Shown: positions 35,206 to 47,114 of the stretch, one piece after another
Layout of the letters: the number at the start of each line of letters is the position of its first letter
How positions within the stretch are numbered: the stretch's first letter is position 1
Assembly (NCBI GenBank): GCA_038087875.1
Contig: JAXLNO010002656.1
Coordinates: 62,001-121,100, forward strand
From: Malacoraja senta
Taxonomy: Eukaryota
Length of the DNA stretch: 59,100 nucleotides
Direction of reading: 5' to 3'
Notes under the pieces: generated by a model
The model's input: the letters and a program-made list of their open reading frames with translations, nothing else
The model's database searches: none
Told to the model about the DNA's origin: nothing
Translations under genes and position numbers: made by a program

Positions 35206-38200
35206 CACTCGGGCTAAAGAATGGATGAAATGCTATACTCTGAAATGTACGAATATATCTCGAATGAAGTTTTTTATTTTAATAAATTTTTCCATTCTTC
35301 TTTAACTATCTTTTTCTTTTCTGTTTTTTTTTCTTTTTTTTTTTTCTTTCTCTCTCTTTTCTTCTCTCCCTTTTCTTTCTTTACTTCATCTATCTTTTTA
35401 GTTCTATCTAGTTTAAAAAAAACAAAAAAAGGCAAAAGGTATTGGAGACAATGTAATAATAATTGACAATATTATCAATTCAAAAATGTAAGACTGGTAA
35501 TGATGTTAATAGGTTGTGTACTTATCTCCAATAAAAAATATTTTCAAAAAAAAAAAAAACGAGCTAACTTATCTTTTGACATATGAGCTCTGTGAACCAC
35601 CTTGAATTGTATCAAAGCGTGTCTGCACACATTGAAGAGGTATTAACTAATTGAAGGATCCTCTCCCATTTCTCTATAGATAAAGACATTTGGAGTTCTC
35701 TTTCCCAGTCATTATTAATTTTATCAAATGTATCTATTTGTAATTTTAAAATCAACTCATGAATAGTCGTTATTAATTCTTTCTGATAAGGGTTCAACTG
35801 TAAAAAAAAAATCAAAAATTTCGGGTTGATGTGGTAGCGGAAAAAGGGGTAGTTCCTTTTGTCTAATTTGTAAATATCTAAAAAAGTGTGAATTAGGTAA
35901 GTTATTGGAGAGTTGTTCGAAAGACATAAAACAACCCTCCAAAAACAAATCACAAAAAGCTACTAATCCTTTCCTCTTCCATAACAAAAAAACTTGATCA
36001 GTACTAGATGGTTGGAAGAGAAATTTGGATAAAATCAGATAGTCCAAAAAACGTATGAAATTGAAACCGTATTCGGAACGTATGTCTTATTATTGGGTTC
36101 GTCATATATTTATTCAATCTCGTAATTGTAAAAGGTAACGAGGTCCCTAGAATAGAAGCCAATTATAGCCCTTGTAAGGAATCACGTTCTAGGTTTATCC
36201 ATCCAGGGCATTGGGTATCTTCTAAATCTTTTGTCCAAAATGTTAAATAACGAACATTGACTGCCCAATAGTAGAGTCTAAGGTTCGGCATTGCCAAACC
36301 ACCAACTTTTTTTGATTTCTGTAGGTATTTTTTACCTAGTCTGGCATTTTTATTCTGCCATATATATGAAGAAATTTTAGAGTCTATAATATCAAAGAAA
36401 GATTTGGCAATACAAATTGGTATCGTCTGAAATAAATACAGAAATTTAGGTAAAATGAGCATTTTAATAGCATTGATTCGGCCAATTAAGGATAAGGACA
36501 TTGGTGACCATTTAGTGAACTGATGTTTAATATGGTCAATTAAAGGAATAAAATTAGCTTTAAATAAATCCTTGTGTTTCTTGGTGATCTTAATACCTAA
36601 ATAAGTAAAACTTTCGGTAGTCAATCTAAATGGAAACTGTCCATAACTCGAAACAAAATTATATAATGGGAAAGCTCACTCTTACTAAGATTTAGTTTAT
36701 AACCAGAAAAACTACTGAATTGATTAAGTAATGCTACTATTGCCGGAATAGATTTCTCAGGGTTAGAAATAAATAATAACAGATCATCTGCATAAAGGGA
36801 TAGCTTATGTGTCTTATTCCCACGGACAATACCAAAAATATTAGGGGATTCCCTAATAGCAGTGGCTAAAGTTTCCAAAGCAATATGAAATAGTAAAGGA
36901 CTTAAGGGACAGCCCTGTCTCGTACCTTGAAAGAGCCTGAAAAAAGGGGATCTCTGATTATTAGTAAATACAGAAGCCTGAGGTATAAGATATATCAGTT
37001 TGATCCAAGAGATAAATTTTGGACCAATCTTAACTTTTTCAAGTATATTGAATAAGTATTCCATTCTACTCTATCAATAGCCTTCTCGGCATCAAGTGAG
37101 ATGACACATTCTGGGGTTTTATTAGACGCTGTATGTACAATATTTATTAATCTCCTAACATTAAAGAATGAGTAACGATTTTTAATAAAACCTGTCTGAT
37201 CTTCAGAGATAATTTGCGGTAAAATCTTTTCCAATCTCATAGCTAATATTTTGGAAAGAATTTTAAAATCTACATTTAACATTGATATAGGTCTATATGA
37301 TGTCACTTCAGTAGGGTCTTTATCTTTTTTTTAAATTAAAGAAATAGAAGCTTCATAAAAAGATTGTGGTAATCTATTCCTTTAAAAAAGCTTCTTTAAA
37401 TACCTTGCATAACCATGGAGACAATAAATTTGAGAAATACTTTAAAAATTCTACTGTAAACCCATCTAAACCGGGTGTTTTACCAGAATTCATTGAAAAA
37501 ATTGCTCTCTGTATTTCTTCTTCCGTGATGGGTTCATCTAACAACAGAGACTCATTGTATGGTAAATTTGGTAAGTTCAGTTTCTTTAAAAACTCATGCA
37601 TTATATTGGAATCAGTAGGAAAATCTGATTGGTATAGGGAGGTATAAAATTCCTGAAAGGATTTATTAATTTCGTCATGGTCTACAGTTACTGTACCATC
37701 CCGTTTACTCACTTTAGTAATCTGACTCTTGGCCGACACTGCTTTCAATTGATTAGTAAGTAATTTACCAGATTTTTGCCATTTATATAAAATTTACTTT
37801 TGGTTTTAAGTAACTGGTTCTCAATCGGTGATACTAATAACAAATCATATCTCAATTGAAGTTCAACTATTCTTATAGAGCTCTAAACTAGGAGCTTTTG
37901 AATATTTTTTATCAATTTCTTTAATCTCGTCAGCCAATGTGCGTATTTCTTTTTGTGTTTGTTTTTTTAATCCCGCGGAGTATGAAATAATTTGTCCATG
38001 AATATATGCCTTAAAAGCATCCCAAACTATATCATTCGATATCTCTTCATTAGAGTTTGTCAAGAAGTAAAAAGCAATCTGATCTTTCATAAACTTAATA
38101 AAGTTTAAGTCTTGAAGCAAAGTAGCATTAAATCGCCATTGTTTAGCACTAAACTTGGAATCAGGTAGTTTGATCAATAGTTTCACTGGTGCATGATCAG

Positions 38201-41200
38201 AAATAGCAATTGCATCATACTCACATGCAATGACGAATGGAATTAGCCGAGAATCTAGTATAAAATAGTCGATCCTAGAATAATTATGATATACATGAGA
38301 GAAAAATGAAAATTCGTTGTCATTTGCGTGTAAGAATCTCCAAATTTCTAACATTCCCGAGTCAAGTAAAAAAGAATTAATAAAATTAGCTGATTTATTT
38401 GGAAGCACATGATCAGATGTAGACGTATCAATCGAGGGATTCAAACAGCAATTGAAGTCTCCACCCATTATTAAAAAGTGTTCATTTAAGTTAGGAAAGG
38501 ATGCAATTAACTGTTTAAAAAACTCAGGGTGATCAATATTTGGTGCATAGACATTCACCATAGTGACTTTTTGCCTATAAAGGACACCGGTAATCACCAA
38601 GAATCTGCTATATGGATCAGAAATTGTTTCATGGTGAACAAACGGAATTGAGGGGTCGATAAAAATAGAGACTCCTTTCCCCTTAGCCTGTGAATTTGAA
38701 TGAAACTGCTGTCCTCTCCAAAACTTGAAAAATCGTGACTTGTCATCTTGCCTTACATGAGTTTCCTGAACAAAGATAATCTGAGCATTTAGTCTGTGAA
38801 GAACTTTTTTAAAAAATCCTCTTAATGGGATGGTTCAAGCCATTCACATTCCATGAAAGGAACTTTATCCATATTGCTTGTAAAAATCATGTGGGATGTA
38901 ATGGGTTAATTTCTTGAAGCCTAAAAGTTCATAATACTGGAAGAAGAAAAATCTAGGGCGGAGCCAGGTGACGACATTTCAGCCAATTTTGTAGTTCAGA
39001 ATTTGCACAAATGGAGATCACTAAATAGGGAACAAAAGACCCCTCCCCCCTCCCCCCTCCCCCCTCCCACCCCTGTAGAACCCCAAACTGACCAAAAGAC
39101 AGTCAGCAAACTACCTAATCCCCTCCCCGATCCCATCTCTCCCAGTAACAGCGCTCAGCATAAAATGAATAATATTTAACCACTACGTCATAGCACATTC
39201 GTTATTATCTCTTTGAGAGAGAAGAAAAAAAATACAGACTGGCATGGAATGCTGCTTATTATTATCCAAGGTCAAAATATGAAAAACAAGAACTGCGTTC
39301 TCTTAGTTTGTCTAACGACAGGGGAACACGAATTAACAAAGAAATTCTTAAAAGAATATATATAAAAGAAAAACAACTCGTCCAGTTAAATTCTTAATCA
39401 TTACCAAACGAAATGTTGTCAAAAGAGGAACAGTAAATCTCCAATTATAACTTAATCAGCTATCAATTACTCCCCTTCCTCGTCGTAGCTCTTCAGACGC
39501 AGCTGGAGGCGTCTTGAGGACTGTTAAAAAATCGAAAGTTACCATTGAAAAGCCGAATACGCAATCTAGCTGGTGATAATAGAGCTGGGCGCAGTTTTTT
39601 CTTATACAAATCAGACATTACATTATAAAAAGTCTTTCTTATTTCCAAAAGCTCGTAACTATAATCAGGGACAAACCGAAACTTACATCCTTCGTATTCA
39701 ACCACACCAAACTTTTTTGCTGCCTGGAGAATATTCTCCTTCATTTGAAAAAAATGAAACCGAATGATCAAGTGTCTCGGTTTATTACCGGATTTCTTCC
39801 CAATCCTGTGTGCCTTATCCAGGAACAGAAGGTTTTCATTGTGCTCAATGTTGAATGTTTCCTTTATCATTTTAGAAGCATATTTTATAACGTTATCTCC
39901 TCCTTGGCCTTCCGGCAAACCAACAATTCATCAATTCAAACGACGGCTTCTGTATTCTAAGTCCATATTTTTAGACTTGTATTGCTGAAGTTCTCAAGTG
40001 TTTTCATTCATTCTCCGTTCCAATTTTTCAAATTTCAAATCTCTCTCCTGTCCCAGGGTGCGCAAGATATCAATTTGATCCTTTTGTTCACGAAGTTCAT
40101 CTTGTAACAAAAACAGTTTTCCTTGGACTTCCTTCAATTTGGTCAACTCCTTTCACCATTTCTTCCAAACTGCCAAATCTTGTTTTCGTTTCATTTTTCA
40201 GCTCATTTTTCAATTCATCGTTCATTTTCGATATTGCTTCTATGATGCTGGAATCAGAAGCTACAGCTGTGGTTGTGGCTTTCCCCAGTTCCTTCTTTGG
40301 GGATCCTCCTTTCCTTCTTGTCTCCATCCTTTTCACGATTAAGGCGTGTAAATGTGTTATCAACACTTTATGAACAGTTAGACGATGTCTTGAAGTCAAA
40401 TAGTCACCAGTAACATTGAAAGAGTGGTCAGTGGAAGTTAAAAGTTAAGGGAGCAAACGAGTTTGCAACCTTACAGCATGCTGCCACTAGGAGAGTCTAG
40501 TTATTGACATGTTATTGATGTTCATGATTATTCTGTTCTTTGTGCCTGGCCATTTTGACTTTGTCACATTTTACTTGGTTTATGATATTGTACAAGATTT
40601 GCAATCACACCTCCCAATTGACTAAAATTATCCCAATTAACTAAATGCCTACTATGGCATTTAAATTATTGCATTATATTCAGTGCAGGGTAGAAGCTGC
40701 AGTTTTTAAAAGGGCAAGTTTTTATTACATACTATGTGGTGTGTGCCTGGAAAGCACTGCCAGGGATGGTGGCGTCTGGGGTGCACCTTTGTGGTGCATG
40801 GAGATGCAGGGGTTTGAGGGACATGAATCATTTGCAGGCAGATGCTGCCTAACTGGTGTCTGTCCGACTGATCTGGAGGGATCTGATGGTCAGGCAGGGA
40901 ATATTTCCAGTGACCCAATGGTGCTGAGTTCGCTGAATTTTACGGTGAATGGGAATGCCCCTGTAATAGAGGAACAGGTCCTTTGTCCAACAACGTTTGT
41001 GCTGAACATGACGCAACCTGAGGCAGAGTGGCGCTGCTGATAGAGCTGCTGCCTCAGTGCGTCATAGACATCAGTTCAATCCTAACCTCGCTTGTCGGCT
41101 GTGTGAAGTTTGCACGTATTCCCTATGACCGCATGGGTTTCCACTGTCCTCCAGTTTTCACACACATACTAAAGATGCCAGGTTTATGGGTTAATTGGTC

Positions 41201-41663
41201 TCTGTAATTTGACCCTAGTGTGGAAGCGAAAGTTAGATAACATAGAACTTGTGTGAACGAAACTATTTGAAGGAGTATTGAGTTTTTTGTTTAGTTTAGA
41301 GAGAGAGCATTGAAACAGACACTTCGGCCCCACTGAGTCCGCACCAACCAACGATCACCCACATAAGCTAGGGACACAAGTCAATTAACCTACAAACCTG
41401 CACATCTGTCTTTGGAATGTGGGAGGAAACTGGAGCACCTGGAGAAACCTATGCAGTCACAGGGAGAAGGTACAAATTCCGTACAGACATCACCCGTGGT
41501 CAGGAGCAAACCCAGGTGTCTGGCACTGTGCCTTTATATCTGGAAGGAAGATGTTATGTGGGATGAATCAACAGTTAAAGCGAATAAACTAGTTGCATCT
41601 TTCTGAGTTCTGTTCTCTGCTATGCCATTTCTTTGTTGTCTAATATTTAATTTCCCTCCTCAG

Positions 41664-41704
41664 ATTATCAAAATATTCAACCAAAGCAGAACGTGCACTG
41701 CTAA
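41664..41704 (+). CDS. Probable terminal cytoplasmic-tail exon of the MHC class I-like gene: (D)YQNIQPKQNVHC*
   Basis: Strong acceptor TTTCTTTGTTGTCTAATATTTAATTTCCCTCCTCAG| with a CTAAT branch-point candidate. Phase 1 matches the TM donor. Contains a YxxI motif, TAA at 41702-41704 and AATAAA at 41756-41761, in non-repetitive sequence. The splice junction is inferred, not observed. Confidence 0.58.
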
Positions 41705-42683
41705 CCAATCGCTGAGTAGAAGATTTCATGGATGTGATTAAAATGCAGGAACTGAAATAAATGGAAAGAGTTAAATTAAGTTTATCAAACATGACAGAAA
41801 TTCTCAATAGACTGCCCTGCATTTGTACAAATTAGAGCTATCTAGCAATTTATGTTGATAACAGCTGATATGACTGAGGCCTCAACTCCTTTACTGTGCT
41901 TATTCCACATAAGACACAATTCCCTGTTCTTTTAGAATATATCCACGCATTAGCCATCAATTCACCACCACATCATGCCTCTTTAATACATTCATAAGGT
42001 TAACTCTGTTTCTTGTCATCTCCAAGGGACACAGAACCAGTGATTTCAGCCATTCATGGTTAGGTAACACTTGCTTATTCCAGAAATCTCTTCTAGCTGA
42101 TATCCAATATTAATATATCCTTTCTTAAATTTGAGGACCAAGCTGTGCACAGTGCTCCTGATATGTCCTTAGCAACATCATGTACCATAATTACAATAGT
42201 AACCTACCTTTGAATGCTAATCACCTTCTGAGTTGTGTGCTGCATCTACCTGCTGGCTTTTTGTTTTGCACTTTAAGCACTTGAATCTCTTGTACTCCAC
42301 TCATTTGCAATTTCACTCCATTTAGATAATAGCTTCCTTTGAATTGCTCTTACCAGAGTGTGTGAGCACATATTTTCCATTATTAAACTCCATTTGCCCT
42401 GTTTATGTTCATCTAACAAAGAGTCATAGAGCCATATAGCATGGAAGTAGGTACTTCAGCCTAATGCTCCAAGCTGAACAAGATGCTACATTTAGGTTAG
42501 TCACATTTGCCAGCGTTTGGCCCCACATTCCTCTCAACATGTTCTATCCATGTACCTGTCCAAGTGTCTTTTCAATGTTGTTATTCTGCCTTCGCTGGCA
42601 GCTCATTCCATACACCCAGTAACCTCTTAGTAGAAAAGGTTGCCTCTCAGGTTCCTACTAAATCTTCCTCCTCACCTTAAACC

Positions 42684-43321
42684 CAGGGGTGCAGTGCTGC
42701 CGGAGCTCACCTGAGCACCGATCCCGCACCTCTGTTAAAGAAAAAATAAACAGGGTGGAATTTTAACTAGCGGATGTGTGGTCGGGGTAACCTGATTAAA
42801 AGAGGGGTAAGGGGAAGATCCATCACTACTGAGGTTCCCTGTAGGAGGAGGGGAACACTATGATGCAGCAGAGACAGACCATGTGATGTGTGCATCGTTT
42901 GTGGTTGTGGGCCTGGAGCTGAGCCTGGAACTCTGGTGGGTGGATGAGTGGGTGGGTGTGTAGGTGAATGGGTGTGAGGGTGAGAGTGTGTGTGTGTGTG
43001 TGTGAAGGGCCAGAGCTGTGGGATAGTCAGGGCGAGTCGGTGTCTTGCCGGCACCTCTGTAAAAATACATGATAACAGTCTTTTTCTTTACTTGCTTCAT
43101 AATTATATTTCATGATAATCAGTGAGTGCAACCGTGCAATATTTTGTCATAATTAAATTAAGTATTATATGTTTTAAAGTACTAGCTATACACTGGGATG
43201 TAGTAATAGGCTATAATCTTGTTTGACCCTCTAGGGAAACTAGCTTGCCCCCCCCGCCAGCAAAATCTGAAATGCCCCTGTTTGACAGCTCCGACACCTA
43301 AAAAATTAGCATTGAACACAG
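42684..43321. mobile_element. Non-autonomous hAT-like element (MITE)
   Basis: 8-bp TSD CTTAAACC (42676-42683 and 43322-43329) interrupting a CR1 fragment. Degenerate TIRs CAGGGGTGCAGTGCT vs (reverse complement) CTGTGTTCAATGCT, and a subterminal CGGAGCT at both ends. Confidence 0.62.
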
Positions 43322-44150
43322 CTTAAACCTGTTTTTGCTGGTTCTTGATTACCCTACCCTGGGTAAAATAAATCCTGATCAATCGCCCTCATGATTTTAG
43401 AAAGCTCTCTAAGCACCAATTAAATGGTTTCAATTATAGATAGAGTAAGACTTTGTGGTTATTTCCAACAAGAATTTTAGACTAAAGAAAGGCCAGTGGA
43501 AGTACTTGGTCAAACAGCATCTGTGGAGGCAAATGACATATACCAACATTTCAAGGCAAGGCACTGCATTAGAATTGAAGGAGAGGATGGGAAGATTCTA
43601 ACAGTTTGAAGGAGGAATGGGGCAGAGGCTGGTATGTGGCAGGTGGAATAGTAAGATTAAACGAGAACTTACCAAGTTTGAAGTTTGATCTTTATTTTAT
43701 GAGGAGTAACGTTGAGGGATTACGTGAAGAAGCCCCGTCCAGCCGCACACGCGTCAATCTTTCAAAGCAGCGGAGTGACAATCACAGACGATAATTACTG
43801 AAGTATGATAGTAAGATGCATAAAGACTTAGAACTACCAGCTTGATCCTTTTATGAGGGTGGGAGCGGAGGGCACGTAATCCCTCAACGTTACTCCTCAT
43901 AAAGTAAAGATCAAACTTCAAACTTGGTAAGTTCTCGTTTAATCTTACTATTTTACTTCGGAGTCACGTGAGTGACTACGTGAAGATTTCAAAGCTCTGT
44001 GATTTCACACCGTGGATTCAAATCCAGGTGTTCACTGCATCGATTGACTCTATTTGAGTAAGCACAATCAACAATGCATAACCACAACATTTGAATGTAA
44101 TCAGTTTATGGTTTTATTTATTTTAATAAACGTAACAAAATTAGGCCCAT

Positions 44151-45141
44151 TTATAATGGGGGATTTAATACTGTATCCAGCACGGCATTACCAAACCCTC
44201 TGAGATCTTTAATCTCCTTATGGTAATACTTGTGAAACATCTGTTCACTTGCCCATCCTGCGGCCGCGAGAATAAGGTCTATTGTCTGAATCCCAGGCCG
44301 CTGATGTTGATGCCGCCCTCGTGGAATGAGATTTAAATTTATCAGTATCAATACCTGAATATCTCAACACCTGTTTCAACCATCGTGAAATTGTTTGTGT
44401 TGACACTTTCTTATGAGGCTTTTTATGACTAATAAAAAATGCCAATTCGGTGCCTCCTAAAACTTTTGTTGTTTCTATGTAACATTTCACATATGTTACT
44501 ACACACAGTCGTGAATCTGTAGGATATGATAAAAATTCCAACTTGCATCCTGTGAACCCAGGTCTACTTTGCTTCAGTAAATCATAGACATAGAATGTCA
44601 CGGCAATTTGTCCTACTTTCATTCTATCAATTCTGAGTTTCTGTAATGTGTGAACTCTCTGTGCTGAAACTAATGCCATGAGCATAACCAATTTCATGGT
44701 AATTTTGGATAATGACAGAGTTTCAACTGGATTCCAATTCCTTAGGAACATCAGTACATCTTTTACATTCCAAATTTCTGTATACCTGGGTCTGGGAGGA
44801 TTAGAGTTGAAAATTCCTTTCATAAACCTACAGACCCAAGGATGTGCTCCAATTGGAGTTTGTTCTGATTCACTGCTTAAATATGCAGAGAGTGCACTTC
44901 GTGCAGTATTAATTGCACTATAACTTAATTTCAATTCATAGTGTTGAGTTGAAAGAAACTCTATTACATCTGAAATTTCTGCTGTGTTATATGCAATATT
45001 CTTTCCTGAACAAAACACCTCCCATTTCTTTATATAGGAAATGTACTGCTTCTGGGTACTATTCCTCCAGGCTGCTGTCATAACATCCACCGTACGGTCT
45101 GATAATCTTTTTCCAAGATATGGCCTTCTTAGAATCTGCAA
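44151..45141 (-). pseudogene. DIRS tyrosine recombinase (one frameshift near the C-terminus)
   Basis: 298-aa ORF 44245-45141 with AINTARSALS, SAQRVHTL (catalytic R) and KSHSTRAAST (HxxR). Continues in ORF 44151-44351 with AAAGWASEQMFHKYY (W, Y nucleophile). Confidence 0.9.
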
Positions 45142-45184
45142 ATCAACAAACCAATACGATTATGTAAAGGATGTGATTCATTAG

Positions 45185-47114
45185 TCACAGGGTGTACAAG
45201 CAGTTTAATCTGCTTTGGAATAACCATAAGGGTTTTGGGTTTTTTCCCCCCATTTTTAACACCAGTGGGTACCACACCTGTGTAGGCCAATCTGGTACTA
45301 CCAAAATCCCTGAGGCTGAATCTTGTTTAATTTTCTGTATGCATTTGTGGATTAAACAAAATGGTGGAAACGCATACAGAAACATACCACCCCAATGTAG
45401 CGAGAAAGCATCCACCACTACTGCACCAGGATCAGGTTCCCATGACACATACTTAGGCAACTGGTGGTTCAATCTTGATGCAAACAGATCAATTTCTGGC
45501 ATTCCAAATTGTGTGATAATTTGTGTGAATATTTTCCGATTTAACATCCATTCTGTATTATCATTAAATTTATGTGATCTTTTGTCTGCAATTGTATTAA
45601 TTTTTACCTGGTAAATATTGCTGACAGCCACATTTTTCTGGCAATACCCCAGGTCCAAATTTCATTTGCCAATTTATCACATGATTCTGATTTTATACCA
45701 CCCATGTGATTTATGTATGCTACAGCTGTAGTATTGTCAACCTGTACCTGAACATGCACATTTCCCATATCAGTGCAATAAGCTCTAAGGCCGTAAAATG
45801 CGCCTAATAGCTCTAGGTAATTGATTCCCAGTTTTTCCAGCAAAGGTACTTCATTCACATTCCACCTACCTCCACAGCTGGAAATCATGTTAGTAGCGCC
45901 CCAACTCAGCGCACTTACATCAGTCTGTCGAGTGACGGAAGGTGTTTCTACCAGAACTTTTCTGGAAGCATTAGAAACATTGTTAATCCACCATTCTATT
46001 TCTGTAATGGATTGAATTGTTAATTTCATGGGCCTATCAAAATGCCCTCTATTCATTTTTAACGCTTGTACCTTAGCTCTCTGTAAACATTGATAATGCA
46101 ATGGTCCAAACGTGACCGCTGGAAACCCTGCAATTAATTTGCCTAGCAAGCTTGCCACTTCTCTAATTGAAGATGTGTCCTCGTTAATGAGTTTTATGCA
46201 ACCTTCAATTAACCAGCTTTTTATCTTTTGGCAAAGTGATTACCATGTGTTCGGAGTTAATTGTGAACCCTAGGTAATCAATCTTTTTGCTTGGTAACAA
46301 TTTAGATTTTTGTAGGTGAATAATGAAACCTAATTTCTCAAAATGTATTTGACTGGATACTGACAATTTTGCAGCAGCCAAAGTGTCCCCTACAATGAGG
46401 ATATCATCTAAATAAGCCATTAATACATGGCCCTCAGCTCTTAACAGAGCTAAAATTGGTTTGAGCAATTTAGTGAATAATCTTGGTGCTGAAATCAGAC
46501 CATTGGGCAATGCTTTAAATTGCCATAACTGACTCATCCATCTAAATTTCAAATATCTTTGATCATTACCATGCATTGCCACAGAATAATATGCATTTTG
46601 CAGATCTATGCTTGCCTTGTAGCAATTCTTTGTGACTAGCTAAATGGCATTAGTAAATGTTTCCATTTTGAAATGTTTCTATTGTACATAAAGGTTAAGA
46701 TTTGTCAGATCGGAAATGATTCTACGTCCACCATCCCTTTTCTAGGAGAATATTCCTAGGAGAATATTTGACACAAACTGATGGTGTTGTTCTACTGACA
46801 TTTATATCATCCTTTTCTGCATAACATTTTTCAATTCTCCTTTGATCTACCCATTCTCTTCCTTTGAAAAAAATCTGTGACCAGTTTGAATTATGCTGAA
46901 TTGGAGGATCCAAAGGTGGAGAGAACTCAATTTTGAATCCAACAATGCTACATAGAATAAATGAATCATTTGTTATTGATTGCCATTCTTTTAGGAAGAA
47001 TCGTAACCTTCCCCCTATTTGTGAGTGTGAAACATTTGTTGTGTTTCTTACCAGACCAAGCCCCCTAACCTCAGGGTTTGCCACCGGCAGTTGTTGTCCC
47101 CTTCTAGTAGGCAC
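45185..47114 (-). pseudogene. DIRS pol: RT (47114-46205), RNase H (46158-45604), Dam-like methyltransferase domain (about 45560-45185); frameshifted
   Basis: IGGRLRFF..W, ALPNGLISAPRLFTKL, AYLDDILI, IDYLGF, QTDVSALSWG, INYLELLGA, VDNTTAVAYINHMGG, IDLFASRLNHQL..YAFPPF..LVVPDWPTQVW. Confidence 0.9.

Larger units (their letters stand above)
29230..35554 (+). mobile_element. Full-length, near-intact L1/Tx1-clade LINE (6.3 kb)
   Basis: 16-bp TSD AAAAACGAGCTAACTT (29214-29229 and 35555-35570), 5' end GACTTCCGGTGGCG, ORF1, about 950-bp inter-ORF spacer, ORF2, AATAAA and poly-A. Confidence 0.96.
23305..40490 (-). mobile_element. Older, once full-length L1-clade LINE split into three pieces (23305-23447, 28468-29229, 35571-40490) by later insertions
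   Basis: ORF1 remnants at 40399-39493, endonuclease 38870-37860, RT (SLDAEKAIDRVEW, RQGCPLSP, YADD) 37300-36160. The frame QFKVVHRAHMSKDKLARFYGHINPTCDRC is continuous across the 29229/35571 junction once the L1 insert is removed. Confidence 0.9.
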
